Positions 9,042-18,540 of a stretch of DNA of 64,000 nt are shown piece after piece; position 1 is the stretch's first letter; the number at the start of each line of letters is the position of its first letter. Source of the stretch: Pseudomonadota bacterium (lineage in GTDB: Bacteria; Chloroflexota; UBA5177); contig JAJPIP010000041.1 in NCBI GenBank assembly GCA_021324655.1, positions 49-64,048 of the forward strand, given 5' to 3'. The notes beneath the pieces are model-generated. The model ran no database searches. It was not told the DNA's origin and worked only from the letters and a program-made list of their open reading frames with translations. The position numbers and the translations under genes were made by a program.

Positions 9042-9718
9042 TGGAAAGCGCTCCAGTCCTTCCGGCCGGGAACCCCGAAAGCATCGTCGCCGCCGCGCAG
9101 TTGTTGCGCGACGGTGGGGTGGTCGTCATTCCCACCGATACGGTCTACGGCCTGGCAGCGAGCGTCTTCAGGCCCGAAGCCGTCGCTCGTGTGTTTCAGG
9201 TGAAGGAGCGGGCTCCTGACGTGCGCGTGCCCGTTCTCGTCGCCACCGCGGCCGATATCCCGCTACTGGCCCGAGAGGTGCCCCGAGACGCCTGGAATCT
9301 GATCGTGCCGTTCTGGCCGGGCGCGCTCACGTTAGTCCTGCCCGCTCGGCGTGACTTGCCGCCGGAACTGACGCGGGGAGGAGACACCATCGCAGTGAGG
9401 GTTCCTGCGGCGCTCCCCACCCTGCGGCTCCTCGAGGTCCTGGGAGAGCCGATCGTCGGCACAAGCGCGAACATTAGCGGATGGCCGGCTGCCCGAACAT
9501 GGGAGGCAGCGGCAGCGCAAATCGGCGGCCGGGTCGATGCCATCCTGGCGGACGATAACGCCGTCACCGGCGGATTGCCCTCAACGGTGGTCGAATTGCA
9601 GGAGGGCCAGCCGATCATTCATCGCGTCGGCGCGATCTCCTCCGAGCAGATTCGTAACGCCCTGGGCGCCCGCCGAAAGGTGCGCGAAGACTTGACGTAC
9701 CGGTCTCGCCCGCGGTAA
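9041..9718 (+). CDS. tsaC: L-threonylcarbamoyladenylate synthase (YrdC/Sua5 family, short TsaC type)
   Basis: ATGA overlap with prmC. 'VVIPTDTVYGLAASV' YrdC signature. 225 aa, so no Sua5 C-terminal domain. Confidence 0.85.
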   Translation: MESAPVLPAGNPESIVAAAQLLRDGGVVVIPTDTVYGLAASVFRPEAVARVFQVKERAPDVRVPVLVATAADIPLLAREVPRDAWNLIVPFWPGALTLVLPARRDLPPELTRGGDTIAVRVPAALPTLRLLEVLGEPIVGTSANISGWPAARTWEAAAAQIGGRVDAILADDNAVTGGLPSTVVELQEGQPIIHRVGAISSEQIRNALGARRKVREDLTYRSRPR

Positions 9719-9721
9719 CAT

Positions 9722-9930
9722 TTCGTGCAACTGAAGAGTGGCGGCGACGGAGAGGAGTAGAAGCTCCGACCGGCATCAGAGAGGGAAACCAGGGGCTGAG
9801 AGTTTCCGCCGGGCAGGCTTCGAAGGTCGCTCCCGAGCCATGGAGAACGAGCGCCCCGTGCGGGCGGAAGCAAGGTGGTACCACGCCGGCCCCCGTCGTC
9901 CTTGCGACGAGGGGTTTTTTGTTCTTATGG
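9722..9930 (+). promoter_or_regulatory. T-box riboswitch leader of valS with intrinsic terminator / antiterminator
   Basis: Conserved T-box sequence 'AAGGTGGTACCACGCC' at 9872-9887 (consensus AGGGUGGNACCGCG). Immediately downstream is a GC-rich hairpin CCCC(g)TCGTC-cttgc-GACGAGGGG (9891-9914) followed by TTTTTTGTTCTT. GA-rich stem-I-like segments 'GGAGAGGAGUAGAAG' and 'CAGAGAGGGAAACC' contain Val codons (GUA at ~9764, GUC at ~9835). Confidence 0.75.
9890..9926 (+). terminator. Rho-independent terminator (T-box attenuator) upstream of valS
   Basis: 9-bp GC-rich stem with a 1-nt bulge and 5-nt loop, followed by a T6 run. Confidence 0.7.
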
Positions 9931-9940
9931 AAGGGATCAA

Positions 9941-12631
9941 ATGAGCGAGGCACTCACTGAGGCGATGGCACCGCGCTATGCGCCGGCGGACGCCGAGCAG
10001 CGCTGGTATGACGTGTGGGAGAAGGCCGGGTATTTCCGGCCCAGACCCGATAGTGACCGCGGCGCGTTCGTTATCACCATTCCGCCGCCGAATGTCACCG
10101 GCGAACTGCACATGGGCCACGCTCTCACCTTCGGCATCGAGGATGTCGTTGCCCGCTTCAAGCGCATGCAGGGCTATTCCACGCTGATAGTCCCCGGTAC
10201 CGATCACGCCGGCATCGCCACGCAGAATGTTGTCGAAAAGCAGCTCGCCCAAGAGGGGCTCTCCCGCTACGACCTGGGACGCGAGGCGTTCCTGGACCGC
10301 GTGTGGGCATGGAAGGACCAGTACGCCCACAGCATCCGGACTCAGTTCCGGGCACTCGGCGTGTCGTTTGATTGGTCACGCGAGCGCTTCACGATGGACG
10401 ACGGCTACGTCGACGCCGTACTGGAGTTCTTCATCCGCTTGTACGACGAGAAGCAGATCTACCGCGGCAAGCGCGTCATCAACTGGTGTCCGCGATGTCG
10501 CTCCGCCATCTCGGACATCGAAGTCGACGATGTCACGCGCGACGACAATCTCTACTACGTGCGCTATCCTCTCGCTTCCGGCGAGGGCGACATTACGGTG
10601 GCAACCGTGCGCCCCGAGACCATGCTGGGCGACGTCGCCGTCGCGGTGAATCCAAACGACGAGCGCTTCGCCCACCTCATCGGGAAGACAGCGGTGCTTC
10701 CTCTGGTCGGCCGGCGGCTTCCGATCATCGCCGACGATATGGTCGATGCGACCTTTGGAACCGGAGCGGTGAAGATGACGCCGGCCCATGATTTTGCCGA
10801 CTTCGAGGTTGGCGAGCGCCACAATCTGCCCATGCCTGTCGTCATCGGCCCGGATGCCCGGATTACCGAGAACGGCGGCCGGTATGCGGGACTGACGGCG
10901 GAAGAGGCGCGGCCGCGGATCGTCGACGACCTGGTTGCGGGAGGCTATCTGGTCCGGACCGAACCCTACACGCACAATGTTCCGACGTGCGAGCGGTGCG
11001 GCACCATCCTGGAGCCTCTGCTCTCCGAACAGTGGTTCATGAGAATGGACAGGCTCGCCCCTCCCGCCATAGCGGCCGTTGAGAATGGCGATGTCCGGAT
11101 CATTCCTCAGCGGTGGGAGAAGGTCTATCTCGACTGGATGAACAATATCCGGCCCTGGACGCTCTCCCGTCAGCTCTGGTGGGGTCACCGCATCCCGATC
11201 TATTACTGCGCGGACGGGCATGCCACGGCCGCCAAGTCATGGCCGGAGGCCTGTGAGAGCTGCGGGAAACCGATCGAGAGGCAGGAAGAGGACGTTCTCG
11301 ACACCTGGTTCAGTTCGGCGCTCTGGCCGTTCGCCGCCCTGGGCTGGCCGAATCATACAGAGGATCTCGAGCGCTTCTATCCCACCTCGTTCATGAATAC
11401 GTCGAGCCAGATACTCTACCTCTGGATCGCCCGCATGATCATGACAGGCCTCAAGTTCATGGGGCGTGCGCCGTTTCCCGCTGTCCTCATTAACGCCACG
11501 ATCCTGAACAAGCATGGCCAGCGCATGAGCAAGTCACTGGGCACCGGCGTCGATCCCCTCGATCTGGTGCGGGAGTTTGGAGCCGACGCCTTGCGCTTCG
11601 GACTGATGACGGCAGGCAGCACGCAGCAGCAGGAGATTCGTTTCTCTGAAGAGCGTGTCGAGCTGGCGCGCAATTTTGCCAACAAGGTTTGGAATCTCGC
11701 CCGCGCCGTCCTTCGCTTCGAAGCGCCCCCGCCGGACGAGCCTCTACGGCTTAGCCCGGAAGATGAGTGGATCCTCAGTCGGCTCGCGGCAACCGTGGGG
11801 GACGTCACCAACGACCTTGAGGGCTACGAGCTGAGTGCCGCGGGGAACGCGATCCAGGACTTCATGTGGGGCGAGCTCGCGGACTGGTACCTGGAGATCG
11901 CGAAGGCCCGGCTCTATGACGAGAACGACGTGCAGGGAGCGGCCACCGCTGCCGCCGTCTTATGGTCCGTGCTCGAGCGCTCGGTGCGACTGTTACACCC
12001 ATACATGCCGTTTCTGACCGAGGAGATCTGGCAATACCTGCGACGGACAGGCTCGCCCCAGGCGAGAGCCCTGTCGGGATGGGTGGAGGAGCTGCCGGAG
12101 AGCATCATGCTCGCGCCGTGGCCCGTAGCGGGCGAACGCAATGAGGATGCCGAGCGAACCATGGAGTTGGTCATGGAGGTCGTGCGTGCCGTCCGGGCAA
12201 TTCGCTCCGAGTACGCCGTCCCGCCCGGCAGATTTGTGCCGGCGGCGATCCAGGCCGGGACGGACGCAGAGAAGCTGCGGTCGCTGGTCGGTACCATTGC
12301 CCGCCAGGCCCGCCTGCAGCCCGTGTTGTTCGATGTCGCGATTCCTGGAGACCAGGTTCCTGCTGGGCCCGCCGTTTCGGTGAATGTGGGCCCGATCACG
12401 GTCTCTTTGCCGCTGGCCGAGCTCACGGATCCGGAGGAGGAACAGCGGCGGCTCAGGAAGGAGCTGGAAGACGCCCGCCGGTACGAAGCCGGCCTCAGCG
12501 CAAAGTTGTCGAACGAGTCGTTCGTCGCGCGCGCTCCTGCCGCAGTCGTCGAGCGGGAACGGGCGAGAGCGGTCGAGGCCGCCGAGCGCGTCCGCCGCAT
12601 CGAGAGTCAGTTGCATGCCCTCCGTTCCTGA
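9941..12631 (+). CDS. valS: Valine--tRNA ligase
   Basis: RBS GGAAGGG before ATG 9941. 'PPPNVTGELHMGHAL' HIGH motif, 'KMSKSLGT' KMSKS motif, C-terminal coiled coil. The upstream extension to 9875 is rejected because it lies in the T-box leader. Confidence 0.97.
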   Translation: MSEALTEAMAPRYAPADAEQRWYDVWEKAGYFRPRPDSDRGAFVITIPPPNVTGELHMGHALTFGIEDVVARFKRMQGYSTLIVPGTDHAGIATQNVVEKQLAQEGLSRYDLGREAFLDRVWAWKDQYAHSIRTQFRALGVSFDWSRERFTMDDGYVDAVLEFFIRLYDEKQIYRGKRVINWCPRCRSAISDIEVDDVTRDDNLYYVRYPLASGEGDITVATVRPETMLGDVAVAVNPNDERFAHLIGKTAVLPLVGRRLPIIADDMVDATFGTGAVKMTPAHDFADFEVGERHNLPMPVVIGPDARITENGGRYAGLTAEEARPRIVDDLVAGGYLVRTEPYTHNVPTCERCGTILEPLLSEQWFMRMDRLAPPAIAAVENGDVRIIPQRWEKVYLDWMNNIRPWTLSRQLWWGHRIPIYYCADGHATAAKSWPEACESCGKPIERQEEDVLDTWFSSALWPFAALGWPNHTEDLERFYPTSFMNTSSQILYLWIARMIMTGLKFMGRAPFPAVLINATILNKHGQRMSKSLGTGVDPLDLVREFGADALRFGLMTAGSTQQQEIRFSEERVELARNFANKVWNLARAVLRFEAPPPDEPLRLSPEDEWILSRLAATVGDVTNDLEGYELSAAGNAIQDFMWGELADWYLEIAKARLYDENDVQGAATAAAVLWSVLERSVRLLHPYMPFLTEEIWQYLRRTGSPQARALSGWVEELPESIMLAPWPVAGERNEDAERTMELVMEVVRAVRAIRSEYAVPPGRFVPAAIQAGTDAEKLRSLVGTIARQARLQPVLFDVAIPGDQVPAGPAVSVNVGPITVSLPLAELTDPEEEQRRLRKELEDARRYEAGLSAKLSNESFVARAPAAVVERERARAVEAAERVRRIESQLHALRS

Positions 12632-13730
12632 GGTAGTGTCGGAGGCGGCTTTCCTTCGCCGTGCTGGGGACGCGTTGCTGGCGTCCGGAGCGCGGCCTGT
12701 ATCCGGCCCTGAGTGGTCGAAGGGATGGGACTCGCTTCTCCTTCATGAGGTACCTGGCGGCCTCGAGATCTACGCCATTGGCCTGTCATCCGACGCGGCA
12801 GAGCTCAGTAGCCGTATAGACCGGTTGACCAAGGGGTTGGTCTCGGCGCTGCCGGCCGTGCCACTCCATCTTGTTCTCGTCCTGCCGCGCGGCGGATCCG
12901 CGGGTGAAGCACGACGACTCGGCCGGCTCGGCCCCACCACCTACTTTCCGAACGTCCACCCCCGGACGTGGGTCGTCGATCTGGAGAGAGGTGAGGTCCG
13001 CGCTCCCCGGTTGGGTCGCGCCGAAGGATTCGCCGCTATTCAATCTGCCGCGCGGGGTGAGGCTGCTCCTGTTACCACGCCCGGACAGATGCACGACTTC
13101 CGCCTCCTCATGCGCGACCGCCAGCCCCTCGTCACGTATGCCCTGATCGCCGTCAACGTGGCGGTCTTCGTCTTGCTCTCCGTGAACGGTGGTCCCGGAA
13201 ACGGCCCGACCTTGGTCACTTTCGGCGCCCTGCAGCCCCGGCTGATCTTGGACGGAGAGTGGTGGCGGCTCCTGACGGCCATCTTTCTGCACGCGAGTGT
13301 CCCGCACATCTTGTTCAACATGACGTCCCTGTTCGCGGTCGGCACGCTGGCGGAGCGCCTGTACGGAAGCGGCCGGTTCCTGGCCATCTATCTCGGCGCC
13401 GGCTTGATTGGATCGGCGGTCAGTTTCGGGCTCGCGATTCAGTCGGGAACTCTGGGAGACATCGGCGTCGGCGCGTCCGGAGCCATTTTCGGAGTAGCGG
13501 GAGCGTTGATTACCGCGAGATTTCACTCGTCCACCGTCATCCCACAGCGCCTCCGCGACCGCATCTCGACGTCCATGATCCCCCTCGTTGTGATCAGCCT
13601 GGTGCTCGCTTATCTCACGCCGTACGTGGATAATGCAGCGCATATTGGCGGTCTGCTTGGCGGCATGCTCCTCTCGTTCGCGTTTCCTCTGACAAAGACA
13701 TTGCCGGCGACGGCGAGGCGGTGGTCGTGA
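12615..13730 (+). CDS. Rhomboid-family intramembrane serine protease with N-terminal cytoplasmic extension
   Basis: The ATG at 12615 overlaps the valS 3' end. TM core carries the 'GASGAIFGVAG' (GxSG) and 'HIGGLLGG' catalytic Ser/His motifs. Confidence 0.85.
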   Translation: MPSVPEVVSEAAFLRRAGDALLASGARPVSGPEWSKGWDSLLLHEVPGGLEIYAIGLSSDAAELSSRIDRLTKGLVSALPAVPLHLVLVLPRGGSAGEARRLGRLGPTTYFPNVHPRTWVVDLERGEVRAPRLGRAEGFAAIQSAARGEAAPVTTPGQMHDFRLLMRDRQPLVTYALIAVNVAVFVLLSVNGGPGNGPTLVTFGALQPRLILDGEWWRLLTAIFLHASVPHILFNMTSLFAVGTLAERLYGSGRFLAIYLGAGLIGSAVSFGLAIQSGTLGDIGVGASGAIFGVAGALITARFHSSTVIPQRLRDRISTSMIPLVVISLVLAYLTPYVDNAAHIGGLLGGMLLSFAFPLTKTLPATARRWS

Positions 13731-16567
13731 CCGACGGCGTGCGGTTGATGCTTCTTGACGGGCATTCTCTGGTCCATCGCGCCTTTCATGCAGTTCCGGA
13801 GGGTCTCGCCACGTCGGAAGGCGAGCTAACGAACGCCGTCTTCGGCTTCGCCTCGATGCTTCTGAAGGCGATCGAGACCGTGCGCCCCACCCACATCGTG
13901 ATGGCGATGGACCGGCCCGCGCCGACGTTCCGCCACCAGGCGTATGCCGAGTACAAAGCCACGCGTCCCAGCACGCCGCCGGAACTGCGCTCTCAGTTCC
14001 GCCGCGTTCGGCAGGTCGCCGCCGCGCTCAACATCCCCATCTACGAGATGGATGGCTTCGAAGCGGACGACGTTCTGGGCACGCTGTCCCTTCAGGCGGA
14101 GGAGGCGGGAGTTGAGACGGTCCTCGTCACCGGCGACCTCGACGCGCTCCAGTTGGTCAGCGACGAGGTCCGCGTGATGACGCTGGGTCGCGGAGTGACA
14201 GAGACAGTGGTGTACGACACGGCCGGCGTCGAGGGCCGGTACAGCATCTCACCGGAGAAACTGCCCGACTGGAAATCGTTGGTCGGCGACACGTCTGACA
14301 ACATCCCCGGGGTGCCGGGCATTGGAGCAAAGGGCGCGTCGAAGTTGGTGGCGCAGTATGGGTCGCTGGAAGCCATCTTTGAACACCTCAATGATCTCCC
14401 CGCGCGCCAGCGCGTGGCCCTGGAGGAGAACCGCGACCAGGTGTTCCGAAGTCGGGAATTGGCGACGATCATCCGCAACGTCCCGATGGAGTTGCGGATG
14501 GACGAGGCCCGCTTCCGCGATCTCCGGCGGTCCGAATTGATCGAGCTCTTCCAGGAGCTGGAATTTCGGTCGCTGATCGAACGGTTGCAGGAGATGATTC
14601 CCCGGCCCACCGCGCCGGTGGCAGGCGGTCCCGTACAGCAATTGAGTATGTTCGGCGACACCGCGCCTGCGCGCGACATCGAAGTGACGACTGACGACGG
14701 CGGCGTATCGGTGACCAACACCACGGCCGCCCTGAGCACGAGCGAGCGCGGCCACGGCGAGACGGTCACACGCGTCGTGCAAGACGCGGAGACTCTCCAG
14801 GCACTCGTCTCCGAGCTGCGCGAGGCTGGGTCATTCGCGGTCGACACCGAGACCACCTCGACCGACCCGCTCCATGCGTCGCTGGTCGGATTCTCTTTCT
14901 CCACATCTCCCCAAAAGGCGTGGTACATCCCGGTCGGCCACGCCGAGGGGAATCAGCTTCCCCTCCACCTGGTCGCCGACGCACTGAAACCGGTGCTGGA
15001 AGATCAAGCGACGGAAAAGGTCGGGCACAACCTGAAGTACGACTACACCGTCCTGCAGCGCCACGGTATCTCTCTCGGCGGCTCCGCATTCGACACCATG
15101 ATCGCGGCATACCTGGTCAATCCCAACGCCCGCGGGCTCTCCCTGAGCTCGCTCGCGCTTGCGCGCTTCGGGATCGAGATGACGCCGATCGAGGAGCTCA
15201 TCGGCAAGGGGAAGAGCCAGATCACAATGGATCTGGTCGACATCAATCGCGTGGCGGCCTACGCGGGCGCGGATGCCGACATCACGTTGCGACTGAAAGG
15301 CATTCTCAACGAGGAGCTGTCGGACCGCGAGCTGCTCGGACTGTTCCGAAACGTCGAGATGCCCCTCGTTCCGGTTCTCGCCGAGATGGAAGCCGCCGGC
15401 ATCGCGCTAGACAGCGATGTGCTCACTGACATGTCGCGCGAAATGACACAACAGATCGGAGCGATCGAAGGGCGCATCTTCGAGATCGCCGGGCATCATT
15501 TCAACATCAACTCGACCCAGCAGCTGGGACAGGTCCTGTTCGGCGAGCTCAAGCTGCCGGCCGGCCGGCGCACCAAGACAGGCTACTCAACAGACAGTGA
15601 GGTGCTGGAACGGCTGCGGGGCAAACACGAGATCGTGGACCTCATCCTCGAGTACCGGCAGTTGATCAAGCTGAAGAACACGTACGTGGACGCCCTGCCT
15701 ACCCTGCTTGACCCGCAGGACCATCGCATCCACACCGACTTCAGCCAGACCGTGGCCGCCACCGGTCGGCTCAGCTCGTCGAATCCCAACCTGCAGAATA
15801 TTCCCGTCCGAGGCGAGGTGGGGAGGAAGATCCGCCGGGCCTTCGTGCCCGGCTGCTCGGATCACGTCTTGCTGGCGGCGGACTATTCGCAGATCGAGCT
15901 GCGGATCCTGGCGGCGATGTCCGGGGATGAACGCCTCGTCACCGCCTTCCGGGAGGGCGAGGATGTGCACGTAGCAACGGCGGCTGCCGTCTTTGGCGTA
16001 CCCCTGGACCAGGTGACGCCGGATCAGCGCCGGATCGCAAAGGTCGTCAACTTCGGGATCATCTACGGGATCGGGGAGCAGCGACTGGCCCATGAAACCG
16101 GCATCTCACGTGATGAGGCAGGGGAGTTCATCGCGAACTACAACCGAACGTACGCAGGCGTGAAGTCCTTCATGGACAACATGCGGCGCACTGCGGCGCT
16201 CTACGGCTACGTCTCGACCATGCTCGGGCGGCGTCGCTACATCCCGGACATTCACGCCCGTAATCCGGGCATCCAGCAGGCGGCGGAACGAGCCGCCATC
16301 AACATGCCGATCCAGGGGACCGCGGCGGACATCATCAAGATCGCCATGATTCGCATTGACGAGCTGCTGCGAAAGCAGCACCCTGAGTCCCGGATGGTCC
16401 TTCAGGTGCACGACGAGCTTGTCTTCGACGTGCCGCGCAATCAGTTGGAACCGGTCGCCGGTTTGGTGCGCGAGGCTATGGTCTCGGCCACCAACCTGTC
16501 GGTGCCGCTCGACGTCGAACTCAAGGCCGGACCCAACTGGTACGAAATGCAGCCGCTCGTCGCATAG
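13721..16567 (+). CDS. polA: DNA polymerase I (5'-3' exonuclease, 3'-5' exonuclease-like and polymerase domains)
   Basis: 948 aa. 'LLDGHSLVHRAFHA' at the 5'-nuclease N-terminus, and pol A motifs 'DYSQIELR' and 'QVHDELVFD'. GTG 13721 overlaps the rhomboid stop; an alternative ATG lies at 13748. Confidence 0.97.
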   Translation: MVVTDGVRLMLLDGHSLVHRAFHAVPEGLATSEGELTNAVFGFASMLLKAIETVRPTHIVMAMDRPAPTFRHQAYAEYKATRPSTPPELRSQFRRVRQVAAALNIPIYEMDGFEADDVLGTLSLQAEEAGVETVLVTGDLDALQLVSDEVRVMTLGRGVTETVVYDTAGVEGRYSISPEKLPDWKSLVGDTSDNIPGVPGIGAKGASKLVAQYGSLEAIFEHLNDLPARQRVALEENRDQVFRSRELATIIRNVPMELRMDEARFRDLRRSELIELFQELEFRSLIERLQEMIPRPTAPVAGGPVQQLSMFGDTAPARDIEVTTDDGGVSVTNTTAALSTSERGHGETVTRVVQDAETLQALVSELREAGSFAVDTETTSTDPLHASLVGFSFSTSPQKAWYIPVGHAEGNQLPLHLVADALKPVLEDQATEKVGHNLKYDYTVLQRHGISLGGSAFDTMIAAYLVNPNARGLSLSSLALARFGIEMTPIEELIGKGKSQITMDLVDINRVAAYAGADADITLRLKGILNEELSDRELLGLFRNVEMPLVPVLAEMEAAGIALDSDVLTDMSREMTQQIGAIEGRIFEIAGHHFNINSTQQLGQVLFGELKLPAGRRTKTGYSTDSEVLERLRGKHEIVDLILEYRQLIKLKNTYVDALPTLLDPQDHRIHTDFSQTVAATGRLSSSNPNLQNIPVRGEVGRKIRRAFVPGCSDHVLLAADYSQIELRILAAMSGDERLVTAFREGEDVHVATAAAVFGVPLDQVTPDQRRIAKVVNFGIIYGIGEQRLAHETGISRDEAGEFIANYNRTYAGVKSFMDNMRRTAALYGYVSTMLGRRRYIPDIHARNPGIQQAAERAAINMPIQGTAADIIKIAMIRIDELLRKQHPESRMVLQVHDELVFDVPRNQLEPVAGLVREAMVSATNLSVPLDVELKAGPNWYEMQPLVA

Positions 16568-16612
16568 GATCGGCGCAGTGCGTCGGGTCTACGCCCGTGC
16601 CGGATGTGCCGA

Positions 16613-17854
16613 TCAGTTTCCACTGCAAACTGGACATCTCGTCACCCGCTCGAATCGACAGTGCCGGTGGTAGAGCCAGTGGAGGCCCTGGTGCTCGATC
16701 GCTGTCCGAGCTGAGATATCAACTCCGCGCGTCGCGAATCGCTCGATCATGAGCCGCGTCCAGCGCGTGTATGGAGGAGCGGGGTAGGTCTCAAAAACCG
16801 CCGCGGCCGGCGAGGCGTCATCGTAGGCCGCAACGAACGGCAGCACCGTGCTGGCGACGATTTCGTCGACGCGCCCCGTGCCGACGAAGCGCGGCACCAG
16901 GAAAGGACGGCGAAGGTCGGCGGGTCTGGCTGCCTCTACGACCAGCCGATGCAATGTCTCGGACGGGGACGGCTCGAGGCGGGCGAGGAGAACGGAGAAG
17001 CCCGCGATGCGGCGGGCAGGGTGATTGGCGGGGCGCAATCGCACCAATCGCCAGGCGTCCGGCGCGAGGCGGCCGGGAACCGGCAGCCCGGTGGCGGACA
17101 GCCCAGCTGCTTCCGACAGATAGGCGCGGCGCTCCGCGGGTGGGACAGTTCGCAGCCAGTCGTACGGAACGGCCTCAGCCAGGGCAGCGAACGCATTCCG
17201 ATTGGCGGCATGGCCGAGCGACTCGAGCAATGCGCGGTACACGACCTGGTTGGCGGACAGGCTGGATAGGTCGGCGATAAAGCGCTCGCGCCGCTCATCA
17301 AATCGACGGCGCCCGCATGCCCTGATGCGCTCGATGACCAACTCCGGGCTCAGTCCTCTGATACCCTCAGCACAGCCGGTCAGCGGCGAAAGGGCGGCCG
17401 GCCCTTTCCCGCCGACGGCGAGCGTCGGAACGAGCCGGCCGTCTGCCGTCACCGTTTCCGCCGTATCGACGTCCCACACCACATGCAGGATGACATTGTC
17501 GTACCGGGAATCCTCGTGGTGCCGATGCACGTACCAGTCGGATGATCGGACATGGAATTCGACGTCGCCCTGGATGAGGCTCCGGTCAGACGACGCGAGA
17601 ATAGCGTCCTGATAATCCGGGCCGCCGGCGTCAGACGGGAGTCCACGCGAAACGACATTCAGCCCCAGCGAGACGAGCGCCGAACGGTCAAAGGCTTGTC
17701 TCTCCCAGGCATCGGCCACCACTCTCTCATCTATGGAGCCGTCCACAGCCGTCCTCCATGTCACGCTTATAATGACTGCCGTGGTGGGAGAGAACGTCGC
17801 CGCGTCGCTCAAAGCGAAAATCCGCGAAGTTCGCGGCTTCCCGCAAGAGGACAT
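16613..17854 (-). CDS. Conserved hypothetical protein (~380-413 aa) with C-terminal His/Cys cluster; start uncertain
   Basis: Long ORF convergent with polA. C-terminus 'HWLYHRHCRFERVTRCPVCSGN' is zinc-ribbon-like. Its 5' end overlaps the divergent apt start, so the true start is probably internal (GTG at 17764 or later). Confidence 0.5.
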   Translation of the reverse strand: MSSCGKPRTSRIFALSDAATFSPTTAVIISVTWRTAVDGSIDERVVADAWERQAFDRSALVSLGLNVVSRGLPSDAGGPDYQDAILASSDRSLIQGDVEFHVRSSDWYVHRHHEDSRYDNVILHVVWDVDTAETVTADGRLVPTLAVGGKGPAALSPLTGCAEGIRGLSPELVIERIRACGRRRFDERRERFIADLSSLSANQVVYRALLESLGHAANRNAFAALAEAVPYDWLRTVPPAERRAYLSEAAGLSATGLPVPGRLAPDAWRLVRLRPANHPARRIAGFSVLLARLEPSPSETLHRLVVEAARPADLRRPFLVPRFVGTGRVDEIVASTVLPFVAAYDDASPAAAVFETYPAPPYTRWTRLMIERFATRGVDISARTAIEHQGLHWLYHRHCRFERVTRCPVCSGN

Positions 17855-18323
17855 CCTGTTCTACGACATTACCACGCTGCTACAGGATGCCGGTGCTTTT
17901 CACGATGCCGTCGATATGATGGCCGAGCCCTTTCGCGACCGGGCGATCGACATGGTCGTCGCCATGGAATCGCGAGGGTTCATTTTCGGCGCGCCCCTCG
18001 CATACCTGCTCGATGCCGGGTTCGCCCCGATACGCAAGCTCGGGAAGCTGCCGCACAACACGATAACGCGCGAGTACCGGCTGGAGTACGCCACCAATAC
18101 GCTGGAAATGCACGCCGACGCCGTCCGGCCGGGACAGAAGGTCCTGCTGGTCGACGACCTCCTCGCGACCGGTGGAACGGTCGCGGCGTCTCTCGACATC
18201 GTGCGCGAGTTGGGAGCAGATCCCGTCGGAGTGGTCGTTCTCGTGGAGCTCGAGTCGCTGCGGGGACGGCAGAGACTTGAACCATACGCGGTTGAGGTCA
18301 GGTCGTTCATCCGCTATCCCTGA
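17772..18323 (+). CDS. apt: Adenine phosphoribosyltransferase
   Basis: 'LKAKIREVRGFPQEDILFYDITTLL', PRPP-binding 'VLLVDDLLATGGT'. The ORF-track extension to 17733 is rejected. Confidence 0.9.
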   Translation: MTAVVGENVAASLKAKIREVRGFPQEDILFYDITTLLQDAGAFHDAVDMMAEPFRDRAIDMVVAMESRGFIFGAPLAYLLDAGFAPIRKLGKLPHNTITREYRLEYATNTLEMHADAVRPGQKVLLVDDLLATGGTVAASLDIVRELGADPVGVVVLVELESLRGRQRLEPYAVEVRSFIRYP

Positions 18324-18376
18324 CTCTCATCGGGTGACCGATCGGGCGACACTTTGATAGACTATCGGTGGTGCGC

Positions 18377-18453
18377 GGCGCATTCGTCTAGCGGCCTAGG
18401 ACACCGCCCTCTCAAGGCGGAGATCACGGGTTCGAATCCCGTATGCGCTACCA
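18377..18453 (+). tRNA. tRNA-Glu (anticodon CUC)
   Basis: Cloverleaf by eye: acceptor GGCGCAU/AUGCGCU with G1-U72 wobble, D-arm GUCUAGCGGCCUAGGAC, anticodon stem CCGCC/GGCGG with loop CUCUCAA, T-arm ACGGGUUCGAAUCCCGU, 3' CCA encoded. Confidence 0.8.
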
Positions 18454-18460
18454 GTTTGTG

Positions 18461-18480
18461 CCCCATCCACGCGGATGGGG
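18461..18480 (+). terminator. Stem-loop immediately after tRNA-Glu (CCCCATCC-ACGC-GGATGGGG)
   Basis: Perfect 8-bp stem with 4-nt loop, 7 nt after the tRNA 3' end, followed by CTTCGTCTTG. Confidence 0.5.
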
Positions 18481-18540
18481 CTTCGTCTTGCCGCCGGGCA
18501 CGGCGTCAGGGCGGAGCGTGCTAGGCTGACTCGGCGGCTG

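Noticed and set aside
9738-9944. ORF-track ORF of 68 aa between tsaC and valS
   Set aside because: Lies entirely within the T-box leader and terminator, and its frame overlaps the valS upstream region. Considered non-coding.
10376-11221. Long antisense ORFs inside valS, polA, mutase, nuoF/G, proS and the ACAD/thiolase genes (e.g. 10376..11221-, 12786..13643-, 14092..14928-, 20758..21723-, 21680..22810-, 23934..25463-, 25831..27156-, 44999..46318-, 56442..57962+, 58116..58961+)
   Set aside because: Typical stop-codon-poor antisense frames of a ~67% GC genome, with Arg/Pro/Gly-rich low-complexity translations. Each overlaps a gene that has clear family motifs.
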